A DNA stretch of 44,931 nucleotides from the IMG/VR virus record IMGVR_UViG_3300037483_001258, positions 1-44,931 of that record; one strand, 5' to 3'. Under the pieces are notes generated by a model that worked only from the letters and a program-made list of their open reading frames with translations, was not told where the DNA came from and made no database searches. The position numbers were made by a program, and so were the translations under genes. The DNA is from a virus. Taxonomy: Duplodnaviria; Caudoviricetes. Position 1 is the stretch's first letter. Each line of letters begins with the position of its first letter. Shown here one piece after another: positions 34,149-43,853 of the stretch.

Positions 34149-35933
34149 ATGAAAATGAAAAGATTTATGCAGGGTGTAACAGCGCTTTTGCTTCTGCTCG
34201 GCATGGGCGCGAGCGCGTTCGCGGCTTCCGCGAACATTCAGTTCAACCAGGTCCCGGCGGGCCTCAAAAAGCCGGGGATCTACGTGGAGCAGGATATTTC
34301 CCTCGCCTCCCGGTCGCTCCCTTCCATGGCGCGGAAGGTGCTCGTCATCGGCCAGCGCCTGGCTGCTCGGATCGAGCCCGAGATCTGGCAGGGCGGGACG
34401 TTGGACGACATGACCAGCCACGGGACGTATACGGCCACCACGGCGAAGAAGTACCGGGTCAAGATTTCGTCCACCGGAACACCTGACCAGTTCCAGTATT
34501 CCGAGAACAACGGAACGTCCTGGTCCGTTGCCTCGAACGTGACGTCCACGGCGTCGCTCTCCTCCGGAGTCACAATTTCCTTTGCAGCGACCACGGGCCA
34601 CGCAACAAATGACGAATGGCGGTTCAACGCCTACCCTGCGGGCTCTGTCGCAGCCGAGGTTCCCACGCAGATCCTGTCGGACGGCGCCGCGTCAACGGCT
34701 TTCGGCATAGGCTCTCTTTCTCACCTTATGGCCCGGGCCGCGATCCAGACGAACCCCTACATAGACCTGAGCGTCGTTTCGCTTAACGACGCGGCCGGAG
34801 TCGCGGCCTCCGGCACCATCACCATCACCGAGACAGCCACGGGCGCGGGCACGCTCCGCATGTACATAGGCGATCAGTACGCGGACGCCACTATCGCGAG
34901 CGGAGACACGCCCACTGAGGTGGCAACCGCGCTCGCGAACGCCGTGGCCGCGAAGGGCGACATGCCTGTGACCGCCACAAACGCGGCCGGGGTCGTCACG
35001 TTCACGGCCAAAAACCTCGGCCTCGCAGGCAACGAGCTCGGCCTGGGCTACGACCTCACCACCGGCATCGGCACCACGGCAGCGGTCGTTGCCATGGCGA
35101 GCGGGGCTACGAACCCCACGCTCCAGGACGCGCTCGACGTGGTATACGCGACGCGGTATCACCTGGTCGTGACGCCGTACAATAATCAGACGGACCTGAC
35201 CACGCTCAAGACGCACATCGAAGGCGTGTCCAACGCGGTCGAACAGCGCGGGGCTGTCGGCATGTACGCCACCACGGGGTCCCTGTCCGCGGCCACCACG
35301 CTTGCCGGCCAGACGAACTCGCAGAGAATCACCGCGGCCTATGTGAGGTACACGGCAGGCGCCACACAGAAGCAGACCCCGTCCTGGAAGCTCGCGGCCA
35401 TCACTGCCGCAGGCATCGCGGCGGATCCCGACGTGGCGAACCCGGTCAAGCACATGGGCATGACCTACACGGCCCTGCCCTCGATTGGAGACCGGCTGTC
35501 CAGGACAGAACAGGAGACAGCCTTAGCAGGCGGCGTGTCTCCGGTGGAAGTAGGCCCGGGCGAGGCCGCGCGGCTCGTGCGCATGCCGCTCACCTATACG
35601 CAGGATGAAAACAGTCAAACCGTTTTTGTCGATGTGCATAAGATTTTCGGCATGGACTACGTGCGCGACGCGGCCATTAGCGATTTGTCCGCCAAGGCCC
35701 CGAAAAAGATCATTCGCGAGGGCAGCCCGACCACGATCCAGATCCTGCGGAACATCGTGCTCGACGTGGCCTACCGGTGCCAGCAGTTAGGGATACTGAC
35801 CGGCGTGTCCTCGTACAAGGACCAGTTCATCGTGGAGGAAGACCTGACCAACGTGGGCCAGATGAACATCCTGATGCCGAGCCCGGTTGTGGACGGCCTG
35901 TATGTGGTGGCGGTGAAGCAGGTACTTTATTAA
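34149..35933 (+). CDS. Contractile tail sheath (Mu gpL-like) with N-terminal signal-peptide-like extension
   Basis: IQFNQVPAGLKKPGIYVE, VLVIGQRL, FGIGSLSHLM, MASGATNP, EQETALAGGVSP. Confidence 0.9.
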   Translation: MKMKRFMQGVTALLLLLGMGASAFAASANIQFNQVPAGLKKPGIYVEQDISLASRSLPSMARKVLVIGQRLAARIEPEIWQGGTLDDMTSHGTYTATTAKKYRVKISSTGTPDQFQYSENNGTSWSVASNVTSTASLSSGVTISFAATTGHATNDEWRFNAYPAGSVAAEVPTQILSDGAASTAFGIGSLSHLMARAAIQTNPYIDLSVVSLNDAAGVAASGTITITETATGAGTLRMYIGDQYADATIASGDTPTEVATALANAVAAKGDMPVTATNAAGVVTFTAKNLGLAGNELGLGYDLTTGIGTTAAVVAMASGATNPTLQDALDVVYATRYHLVVTPYNNQTDLTTLKTHIEGVSNAVEQRGAVGMYATTGSLSAATTLAGQTNSQRITAAYVRYTAGATQKQTPSWKLAAITAAGIAADPDVANPVKHMGMTYTALPSIGDRLSRTEQETALAGGVSPVEVGPGEAARLVRMPLTYTQDENSQTVFVDVHKIFGMDYVRDAAISDLSAKAPKKIIREGSPTTIQILRNIVLDVAYRCQQLGILTGVSSYKDQFIVEEDLTNVGQMNILMPSPVVDGLYVVAVKQVLY

Positions 35934-35993
35934 CTGACGGCTTAAACGGTTTCAACCGTTCAAACAGTTTAAACGGTTACTACGGAGGTTCCC

Positions 35994-36353
35994 ATGGCGA
36001 GTGAATATGTTTCCCGATGCGACATAGCAATAAGCGGCCAGAAGATGGACGACATGAAAAACTTCAAGCGCATGGCCGTGGAAGACGCGGTGCAGGTTGC
36101 GCTTATGAACAAAACCGGCCACGCGGGCAAGACCCCGCGCCATCAGTTCTCGATCGATTACGTGATCCCGAACGGAACGCGGTTCGACTTCCGCGCGGTC
36201 AAGGGCGCGTCCGTGGTCGTGACCATGGAAGACGGCGAGGCCCTGGAGTTTTTCGGCGTCCGCTGCCTCACCCGCGGAGAGTACACAGTGGACGGCGAAA
36301 AGGAGACCGTGCAGACGATCACCTTCGGCGCCGAGCGGGCGTCGGACGATTAA
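35994..36353 (+). CDS. Tail tube protein
   Basis: 119 aa directly after the sheath; GGAGG RBS. Confidence 0.75.
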   Translation: MASEYVSRCDIAISGQKMDDMKNFKRMAVEDAVQVALMNKTGHAGKTPRHQFSIDYVIPNGTRFDFRAVKGASVVVTMEDGEALEFFGVRCLTRGEYTVDGEKETVQTITFGAERASDD

Positions 36354-36402
36354 GATATACCTCCTCTCCCCTCACGGGGAGAGGACTGAGGTGAGGGGTG
36401 GC

Positions 36403-36943
36403 TATGAATATTCTCGACAAACTCAAGGCAGGCACACACAACGTCAAGACGACCAACTGGCCCGGAGCCAAGGAACAGCTCGGGTTCAGGGTGCTGACGG
36501 AGCAGGAAATCCAGGACGCGCACTTCGCCACGGAAGGGCTTTTCAAAAAACAGGGCATCGAGTTTTCCGCTTCCACTGTGGACGCCTACCAGAGCGAGCA
36601 GAATACGCAGGTCCTTGCCCGCGCCATCGTGGACGTTTCCGGTCCCCCGAGCCCCGGGCCCCGACCCTCGCTCTTCGCTTCCGCCGACGAGCTTCGCGGC
36701 CTGATCGGGCATCCCGATATCAAGGCGGCCTTGATTGACGAGTACAACTCCTGGCAGACGGAGTGCTCTCCCCTGCTCGGGGACATGACCCAGGACAAGT
36801 ACGACGCGCTTTTTGAGAGCGTAAAAAAAAATGGGCCTTCGACCTTGAACGGTTTAAGTTCGAAAACGCTGAGCGGGCTTATTACCTATTTGGCAGACCG
36901 GCAAACGAAGTTACAACAGGTCAGTGGCTCTATCTCAGCATGA
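36403..36943 (+). CDS. Tail assembly chaperone (G), with probable -1 frameshift product ending at 37041
   Basis: Lies between tube and tape measure; GTA AAA AAA AAT slippery run at 36821-36832. Confidence 0.75.
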
Positions 36944-37077
36944 TGCAGGACGCCATAGCGCAAGCAACGAAGGACAGCAAGCCCGGACGGAAGGCAAAAA
37001 CGAAGCGGGTAAAAAGACCCGCCCCGCTTCAAACGGCTTAAACGGTTTACGCGGTTTACACGGTTTAAACGGTTACT

Positions 37078-38760
37078 ATGAGCAGAAACGAAGCAGAAAT
37101 AATTCTCTCCGCATCGGAAACCAAGCTGGTCCAGGGCCTCCGGCGCGGCGAGACAGCGGTCAAGACCTACGGCCAAAAGACCATGGAGATTTTCAAACGC
37201 ACCGGTGCGGCCATAGGCCGCGTGTCCGACCGCTACCTCACGCGGTTCAACACGCTCCTGGGCGGCGCCGGGCTCGTCATGGCGGGCAAGTCCGTGATCG
37301 ACTTCGACGCGAAACTCGCGCGGCTTTCGATCGTGGCGGGGCTCACCAAACAGCAGATGTTCGGTTTGAAAGCCGAGCTCTTCGACGTTGCCAAGGCCAC
37401 GCACCAGGCCCCCACGGATCTGCTCGACGGGGTGAACGCGATCGTGGAGCGCACGGGCAATTTCAAGTTTGCCGTGGAGTCGCTCAAGAACATGGGCATT
37501 GTGGCTTCGGCAACGGGCGCTCGCATGGAGGATATCGGCGCCTCCGCTTCCAACATGCAGGAAAAGATGGGCATCACGCAGGACCAGGTCATGTCCGTGT
37601 TCGACGTGCTGAACGAGCAAGGCAAAAAGGGCGCCTTCACGCTTCAGAACATGGCGTCTCTTTTTGAGCGCCTGCTCTCCGCCGCGAACCGGTTCGACGT
37701 TAAGGGAGTGGACGGCATGCGCAAGTTCGGCGCGTTCCTCCAGATCGCCCGGCGCGGCGCGGGCACTTCGGACATGGCTGCAACGGCGGTTGAGAGTACC
37801 TTTTCCGACATCATAGGCAAGGCCAAGGATTTGCAGTCCGCGGGGATACAGATATTCGATCCGGAAAAATCGAAGAAGGCGGGCCGGGACGTGTTTCGCG
37901 ACTTCGACCTGGTGATCAAGGACATTATCGTCAAAAGCAAGGGCAGCTCGCTTGTGCTCTCAAAAATATTTGAAGACCGGTCCATCCGCGCCATCACCCC
38001 TTTGGTCCAGTCCTGGAAAAAGTTTGGCGACTTCCGCGAGTTCGATGAGTTCGCAAAAACCGGAGGCTCCGGCGTCTCTATCCTGAAAGACTTCGGCTTC
38101 TGGTCCGAGCAGAGCGCGGCCAAGATCGTGGATTTCAAAAGCGAGATGAGCAAGCTGGCGAACGAGAACCTTGCAGGCCCGATCCGTGTTTTTACCAGGG
38201 CGCTCACTGCGCTGAACGAACACCCCGTTGCGACCAAGGGCGGGCTTTATGCTATCCTCGGCCTGGGCGGCATTCTCACCGCGGGCAAGGTCATCGGCGG
38301 CGTGCGCGACGTGTTCGGCAAAAAAGGTTTGCCGGGGCTCGGCGGCGGGCTGGCCGGCGCGGGGACCCCTGTTTTCGTCACCAACATGCCGGGCAGCGGC
38401 ATCTCCGGCGCGGGCGGCGCAAACTCAGGCCTCGGCACGCGGGACGTGGATTTTTCCAAGTCCGCGCCCACTGCCGCGGCGGGGCTTACGGGCGCAGCCG
38501 CCTGGGGCGTGGCTTCCATCCCGCTCCTGATCGGCGCGGGCTCGTTTGCGGTGTCTCGCATGCAGCAGCGGGAGTCGGCCGGGCTGAAACAGTGGCGCGC
38601 GGAAAACCCCTACGATTACGCAAAATCCCGCGAAGTGATGGGCGGCAAGCCGGCTGACAACAAAATCAACCTCAACGTCTACATCACGCCCGAGCAGATC
38701 CGCACGGACACCGACGACCTCAACACCAGGATCGCCGTCACCCGAGGGGACCTCCGATGA
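37078..38760 (+). CDS. Tail tape measure protein
   Basis: Ala/Gly-rich helical protein, QGKKGAFTLQNMA, TPVFVTNMP; precedes gpN-like gene. Confidence 0.85.
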   Translation: MSRNEAEIILSASETKLVQGLRRGETAVKTYGQKTMEIFKRTGAAIGRVSDRYLTRFNTLLGGAGLVMAGKSVIDFDAKLARLSIVAGLTKQQMFGLKAELFDVAKATHQAPTDLLDGVNAIVERTGNFKFAVESLKNMGIVASATGARMEDIGASASNMQEKMGITQDQVMSVFDVLNEQGKKGAFTLQNMASLFERLLSAANRFDVKGVDGMRKFGAFLQIARRGAGTSDMAATAVESTFSDIIGKAKDLQSAGIQIFDPEKSKKAGRDVFRDFDLVIKDIIVKSKGSSLVLSKIFEDRSIRAITPLVQSWKKFGDFREFDEFAKTGGSGVSILKDFGFWSEQSAAKIVDFKSEMSKLANENLAGPIRVFTRALTALNEHPVATKGGLYAILGLGGILTAGKVIGGVRDVFGKKGLPGLGGGLAGAGTPVFVTNMPGSGISGAGGANSGLGTRDVDFSKSAPTAAAGLTGAAAWGVASIPLLIGAGSFAVSRMQQRESAGLKQWRAENPYDYAKSREVMGGKPADNKINLNVYITPEQIRTDTDDLNTRIAVTRGDLR

Positions 38761-40019
38761 GCGCGGACCTCTACCAGGCAAACCTCGCGGGCATCGACAT
38801 CGACTGCATCGATTCCAACGGCACCAACGATGTCCTCAAAAAAACGATTGTCCGCCATAGATATCCCGATACAAACGGGGCGCTTCTCGAAGACATGGGA
38901 CAAGAGGAGCGGGTTATCCAGTTTACGGCCGTCTTCATTGGCGCCGCCTACGAGACGCACAAGAAGCTGATCAAGGCCCTGGACACAGCGGGCGTGGTGG
39001 AGCTGGTGCACCCGGTGTACGGCATTCTTAATGTCGGCATCGAACAGCTTGGCTTCCGCAACAACGAAGTAGAAAAAACCGCGTATGTAGATTTTACCCT
39101 GGTCGAAGACCTGATCGGCTCCGGCTCTGTGGTCACGGAGACCACGTCACCCAAGGCCCCGGTACAGGCGTCCTTTCTGGCCGGGCTCGCGGCCCAGGTC
39201 CAGAAGCTTTCCCAGGACATCGCCGCGGACCTGCGGGCGCTATCGAACGCCGTATCCCTCCGCGCCTACACGGCCCAGATGGAAAGCCTCGTCAGCTCTG
39301 TTGAGGGGATACTCTCCGCAATTGAGCAGCCCGCGAACTCGCTCATCACCACGATCAATTTCGCCACAGACCTGCCGGGCCGCGTGATCGGCGCCGTGGC
39401 GGAAACGGTGGAGCGCTACAGCGCCCTGTATGAGACGGCGAAAAGCGCGCCCGCCCGGTTTGTTTCGAGCTTTCGCGCCGGCATGGAGCAGCTTCAGGAC
39501 AGCCTGCCCGAAAGCACGCACCCGGCCAAGGCCGCGGCCATCGCCACGTTTGCCAAGCACGTGCGCATCTCCGGAGCTATGCAGCTTTCGCTTGACCTGG
39601 CAACGCTGTTCGACCTGGACGAAAAAGCGCGCCGGGCACAAAAAAGCAGCGCAAAGACACAGAGCTTTGACGCCCTGGGCAACTACCTGAACCCGCCAAC
39701 GCCCGATCCGATCATGACGATCAACGATATCGAGCAGGCCCTGGCGGACACGCGGACAGAGCTTCAGACCGCCGTGGACCTGGACCGGTCTTTCCGCACG
39801 CTCCAGGACATGGCCGCTGCCCTGCTTTCGCACGTGGACAAAATCAAGCTTGAGCGCGAGAAGATCACCACCGTCACCATAGACGGGGAGATGCCGCTTT
39901 TTTTGATCCTCCTGAAGTACGGCCTGCCGTACAGCATGGCGGAGCGGATCCTTGCGATCAACCCGCAGATCATGCACCCCAGCTTTGTGAGCGGCGATGT
40001 AAAGATTTACACACAATAA
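38757..40019 (+). CDS. Mu gpN-like DNA circularisation/tail protein
   Basis: HRYPDTNGALLEDMG, ELVHPVYG, INPQIMHPSFVSG. Confidence 0.9.
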   Translation: MSADLYQANLAGIDIDCIDSNGTNDVLKKTIVRHRYPDTNGALLEDMGQEERVIQFTAVFIGAAYETHKKLIKALDTAGVVELVHPVYGILNVGIEQLGFRNNEVEKTAYVDFTLVEDLIGSGSVVTETTSPKAPVQASFLAGLAAQVQKLSQDIAADLRALSNAVSLRAYTAQMESLVSSVEGILSAIEQPANSLITTINFATDLPGRVIGAVAETVERYSALYETAKSAPARFVSSFRAGMEQLQDSLPESTHPAKAAAIATFAKHVRISGAMQLSLDLATLFDLDEKARRAQKSSAKTQSFDALGNYLNPPTPDPIMTINDIEQALADTRTELQTAVDLDRSFRTLQDMAAALLSHVDKIKLEREKITTVTIDGEMPLFLILLKYGLPYSMAERILAINPQIMHPSFVSGDVKIYTQ

Positions 40020-40063
40020 ATTCCTCTCCCCCCGCGGGGAGAGGTTAGGTGAGGGGCGGTTTA

Positions 40064-41128
40064 GTGGATACGGTTTATCTTCTCATAGACGGCAAGCTCA
40101 TAGAGCGGTTCGTGTCCTACGACATAGACGCGGACCTTTACTGCGTGCCCTCTGCGTTTCAAGTGGAGCTTGCGGAGCCGGAGGTGCGTATCAGTAACGG
40201 CATGGCCGTGGAACTTTACGTCAACGATATTCTGGAGCTGACCGGCACCATCGACCGCAGAAACCCCACCTATGACAAGTCGGGCAGAAAAAACGTTATT
40301 TGCGGCCGGGATTTAATGGGCTGGCCCGTGGATGCCTATTGCACGTCCTTCGGCACGCTGCAGGAAAAGAAGCTGAGCGAACTGGCTGAGACGCTTCTGG
40401 CCGACATGCCCTATGTGGATCTGAAGCGCATCTGCTACCAGGAGGACATTACCGGCAACCTGAAAACAAAAAAGACCTCTGTCGGGCTTTTTGATTCCGC
40501 AACAGCTCTTTCGCAGATAGAGCCGGGGACCACGGTTTTCGAGGTGCTGAAAGAATACTCCCGGAGCCGGGGGCTGATCTTTTTTTGCGAGCCCGGCGGC
40601 AGGTTTGTGTTCGGCAAGCCCGCGGAAGGCGGCGAGGCAAAATTCAGCATAGTGCATCGCAAAGACGGCAAGGGAAACAACGTCGAGGCAGGCGGGCTTG
40701 ATGAGGACTACTCCAAGCGTTTTTCGCAGGTAATGATCATAGGGCAAAAGCAGGGCTCTGCTCTGTTTTCGTCGGCAACGGACCTGAACGTCTCCACCAC
40801 GGTCGAGGACGAGACCGGGGATCTGCCCGATAATTTCTACAAGCCTTTTGTGCAAAAGGATGAAACCGGCGGGGACCGGCAGGACTTACAGGCCCGCATG
40901 GCGCTCGAAAAGATGCGGCACGAGGGCTTCCGCTTGCAATACACAGTCACCGGCCACAGCCAGAACGGAAAAAACTGGACCATCAACGAGCTGGCGAGCG
41001 TGGTGGACGAGGACCCGGACATAGACATAAACGACACGTTCCTGATCACCGGCCGCACGTTTCACAAATCCAAGGACGCAGGCACGGTGACAAAACTTCG
41101 GCTCGGATACAAAGGGAGCGTGGCATGA
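40064..41128 (+). CDS. Mu gp44 (gpP)-like baseplate hub
   Basis: GRDLMG, IEPGTTVFEVL, RFSQV, YTVTGHSQNGKNWTIN. Confidence 0.85.
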   Translation: MDTVYLLIDGKLIERFVSYDIDADLYCVPSAFQVELAEPEVRISNGMAVELYVNDILELTGTIDRRNPTYDKSGRKNVICGRDLMGWPVDAYCTSFGTLQEKKLSELAETLLADMPYVDLKRICYQEDITGNLKTKKTSVGLFDSATALSQIEPGTTVFEVLKEYSRSRGLIFFCEPGGRFVFGKPAEGGEAKFSIVHRKDGKGNNVEAGGLDEDYSKRFSQVMIIGQKQGSALFSSATDLNVSTTVEDETGDLPDNFYKPFVQKDETGGDRQDLQARMALEKMRHEGFRLQYTVTGHSQNGKNWTINELASVVDEDPDIDINDTFLITGRTFHKSKDAGTVTKLRLGYKGSVA

Positions 41129-41646
41129 AGAAGTGGCTGAACACCATAATCCGCAGGGTGCTTATCTCCGCCATAACGGACACGGCGGGCCAGATAAAGC
41201 GCGTGACCGCCACGGGCCACGTGAACGAGGAGTTTGTCGAGCGGGAGATGTTTCAGCACTTCGGGTTCACGTCCAGGAAAGACGGGGCCGAGGCCGTGGT
41301 GGTCGGCATCGGGAACGTGTTTTTTGTGATCGCAGAGGACGACAGGGTAACGCGCATTGTCGTGGACAACGGGGAGAGCTGTATTTACAACGACGAAGGC
41401 GACAAGGTGCACATTAAAAAGGGCGGGATTATCGAGGCTGTTGCAAGCGTCAAGGTCATCGCATCCGCGCCCGCCGTGGAGCTGGGAAACGGCGCGCAGC
41501 TCGCGCTGGTAAACGCGAATTTCGTGAACGTCACTTTTCCCGCGCACACGCATGCGTACACTGACGACGGCAACCCCATGGTAACGGGGGCCCCGGTCCT
41601 GCCTGTGCCGGCCACGGACCTGACGGAAAAGACCACGGCGTCATAA
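41125..41646 (+). CDS. Mu gp45-like baseplate spike
   Basis: FQHFGFTS, GESCIYNDEGD, C-terminal HTH metal-binding tripeptide. Confidence 0.85.
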   Translation: MKKWLNTIIRRVLISAITDTAGQIKRVTATGHVNEEFVEREMFQHFGFTSRKDGAEAVVVGIGNVFFVIAEDDRVTRIVVDNGESCIYNDEGDKVHIKKGGIIEAVASVKVIASAPAVELGNGAQLALVNANFVNVTFPAHTHAYTDDGNPMVTGAPVLPVPATDLTEKTTAS

Positions 41647-41688
41647 GGTTTTTAATCCCGCGTTTCGCGGGACTTAAACGGTGAATAC

Positions 41689-42042
41689 ATGGGCTACAAA
41701 ATCGAACTGGTAAACGGCCTCCTGGAACAGACCTACGAACAGGACGCTACCATATATACGGACATGGTCCTGTCCGTGAACGTGGAACAGGGCTCGTTTT
41801 TTCTGGATACGAGCTTCGGCCTTGCCGCTCTGCCAAAGGCGATCACAGCTCAGACCGTCCCGCTCATAAAACAGCGCTTTGAGCAGGCCTGGCAGTGGCT
41901 CATAGACACGGGCAAGGCCAAGTCCATCGACGTGCTCGTGGAACAGGACAGTGACGACAAAGACCGCGTAAACGTGAGCGCCCAGGCAGTGCAGGCCAAC
42001 GACCAGGTTGTAACCTATGAAGCCTTTGTGGAGGTAATTTAA
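41689..42042 (+). CDS. Mu gp46-like baseplate protein
   Basis: GSFFLDTSFG, QAWQWLIDTGKAKSIDV. Confidence 0.8.
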   Translation: MGYKIELVNGLLEQTYEQDATIYTDMVLSVNVEQGSFFLDTSFGLAALPKAITAQTVPLIKQRFEQAWQWLIDTGKAKSIDVLVEQDSDDKDRVNVSAQAVQANDQVVTYEAFVEVI

Positions 42043-43232
42043 TGGCCTCGTATCTTCCCACGTTCGACGAGCTCTATGCCGCGATCCTGGCGGATTATCA
42101 GAACGAAGACGGCACGGTGGACGCGGAAGCCCGCATCCGCTGCGCGGTAATGGCCGCGGCGATCTGGGGCGCGTATCAGCATCAAGGCATCGTGGAGCGG
42201 AATGTATTTCCTGACTCTTGCGATTACGAGAGCCTGGTCCACCACGGGACTGTGGCCGGCCTTGCGCCCGAGGACGGAGAAACGGAAGACGAATTCCGCG
42301 CGCGATTGAAGGCAAACGAGCAGCAGCCCCCCGCGGGCGGGAACGAGAACGACTACAAGACCTGGGCCGAGGAGGTCGAAGCCGTGGCCTTGGCAACCGT
42401 GTTTCCTTTGGCCCAAGGAGACGGGACCGTGGACATCGTCCCCCTGGCCGATGGAGAGGCTACGGGCTCCGAAGTGCCAAGCAACTCCTCGAGGATCGGC
42501 ATCACCACGAGCGCGGCAACGAATAAGCTCCTGGATTCCGGGGCCGCGTTCCTCACGGGGCTCACGCTCGAGCCGGGCGACGTGGTCGAGAACCCGGCAA
42601 AGCGGCGCTCCAGCGCCGTTGTCTCAGTGGACGGAGCGGGAGAACTCACGCTTGCCGACGACATCTTCCAATACGCCAATGAAGCGTACATTATATATCA
42701 CCACACCGGCACGGTCACCACCGTGACGGCGAACAAGCTTGTTGACTCCGCTGGAGTGTTCGACGATTCCGGATATCCGGCCCAGAAAGGTGACGTGGTC
42801 GAAAACCTGGACGAGGGCACGACAACGACTATTGAGACCGTGACCGCAGCCGGCGAACTTGATCTGGCGGGCGACATTTTTACAACCCTGGGAGAGCGCT
42901 ACGTGGTGCGCGGGACCCTTGCCCAGGTCAAGAAAAACATCGATGAAAACCGGCCTGTGGGCGCGTCTCGTTGCGCGGTGGTAGCTCCCACGCTGCAGAC
43001 CCAAAGCGTGACCATGGGCGTATCTGGAGATACTGTGGACAGACCGCATCTCAGGCTCGACATAGAGGCGTACCAAAACGCGCTTGTGCCCGGCCAGACC
43101 CTGCGCAGGTCCCAGCTCATCGCCCTCGCGATCCAGAACGGCGCGGACGACGTGTCCGTGACCGTGCCGGCCGCGGACGTGGTTCCCGCGGGATACGCGA
43201 CCCTTCGGCCGAACGTAACAACGGTGACCTAA
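42042..43232 (+). CDS. Baseplate J-like protein (Mu gp47) with internal insertion
   Basis: ETEDEFRARL, PPAGGNENDYKTWA, GDGTVDIV, ENRPVGA. Confidence 0.85.
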   Translation: MASYLPTFDELYAAILADYQNEDGTVDAEARIRCAVMAAAIWGAYQHQGIVERNVFPDSCDYESLVHHGTVAGLAPEDGETEDEFRARLKANEQQPPAGGNENDYKTWAEEVEAVALATVFPLAQGDGTVDIVPLADGEATGSEVPSNSSRIGITTSAATNKLLDSGAAFLTGLTLEPGDVVENPAKRRSSAVVSVDGAGELTLADDIFQYANEAYIIYHHTGTVTTVTANKLVDSAGVFDDSGYPAQKGDVVENLDEGTTTTIETVTAAGELDLAGDIFTTLGERYVVRGTLAQVKKNIDENRPVGASRCAVVAPTLQTQSVTMGVSGDTVDRPHLRLDIEAYQNALVPGQTLRRSQLIALAIQNGADDVSVTVPAADVVPAGYATLRPNVTTVT

Positions 43233-43844
43233 ATGCCCATCGGCGACGAGATCATAGGCAACAGCCCCATAGGAGACGGCGCCGGCGCGGGCGAGGCTGC
43301 TCCGGTCCCAGAGCATTACAGCGTGCTCAAGCGCTTGTTCCCCGCCGAAGTCGGCGGCGTGTTCGACCAGGACATCACCATCGAGGCCGCGCACCTGGAC
43401 GCGCTGAAACTGGCCGCGGAGTACGCGGTCAATGAGTTTTTCCCGGACACGGCAATCCAGACTATCAACGAATGGGAAAAGCGGTACGGCATCATCTCTG
43501 ACAGCAGCCTAAGCCTCGGCGCCCGCCGCCAGGCCGCGGTCCAAAAGCGCCGCCTTCGTAAGCGCCTGGACGTGTCCTATTTTATCGAGCTCGCCGCCAC
43601 GGTGGGGTACACGATAGACATCGAGGAAATGCCGCCGAACTCAGCCGATTACGGCGGCGGAGACGAGACCATCCACATCTGGCGGGTCCACGCCCCGATC
43701 GGCGCAAAGACCATCGTGGAGTTCACCGCCGGAGATTCCGCCGCCGGAGACCTGCTCACCGACTGGGCAGACGAGGCAACATTGGAGACGCTGTTCAACA
43801 AGCTCAAGCCGGCCCACACCCACATCTATTTTCTGTACGAATAA
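43233..43844 (+). CDS. Mu gp48/YmfQ-like baseplate protein
   Basis: EFFPDTA, EWEKRYGI, YFIELAATVGY, KLKPAHTH. Confidence 0.85.
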   Translation: MPIGDEIIGNSPIGDGAGAGEAAPVPEHYSVLKRLFPAEVGGVFDQDITIEAAHLDALKLAAEYAVNEFFPDTAIQTINEWEKRYGIISDSSLSLGARRQAAVQKRRLRKRLDVSYFIELAATVGYTIDIEEMPPNSADYGGGDETIHIWRVHAPIGAKTIVEFTAGDSAAGDLLTDWADEATLETLFNKLKPAHTHIYFLYE

Positions 43845-43853
43845 GGAGGGAAT

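Noticed and set aside
8187-43394. Many long minus-strand ORFs opposite phage genes
   Set aside because: Expected shadows in GC-rich coding DNA; no recognisable motifs.
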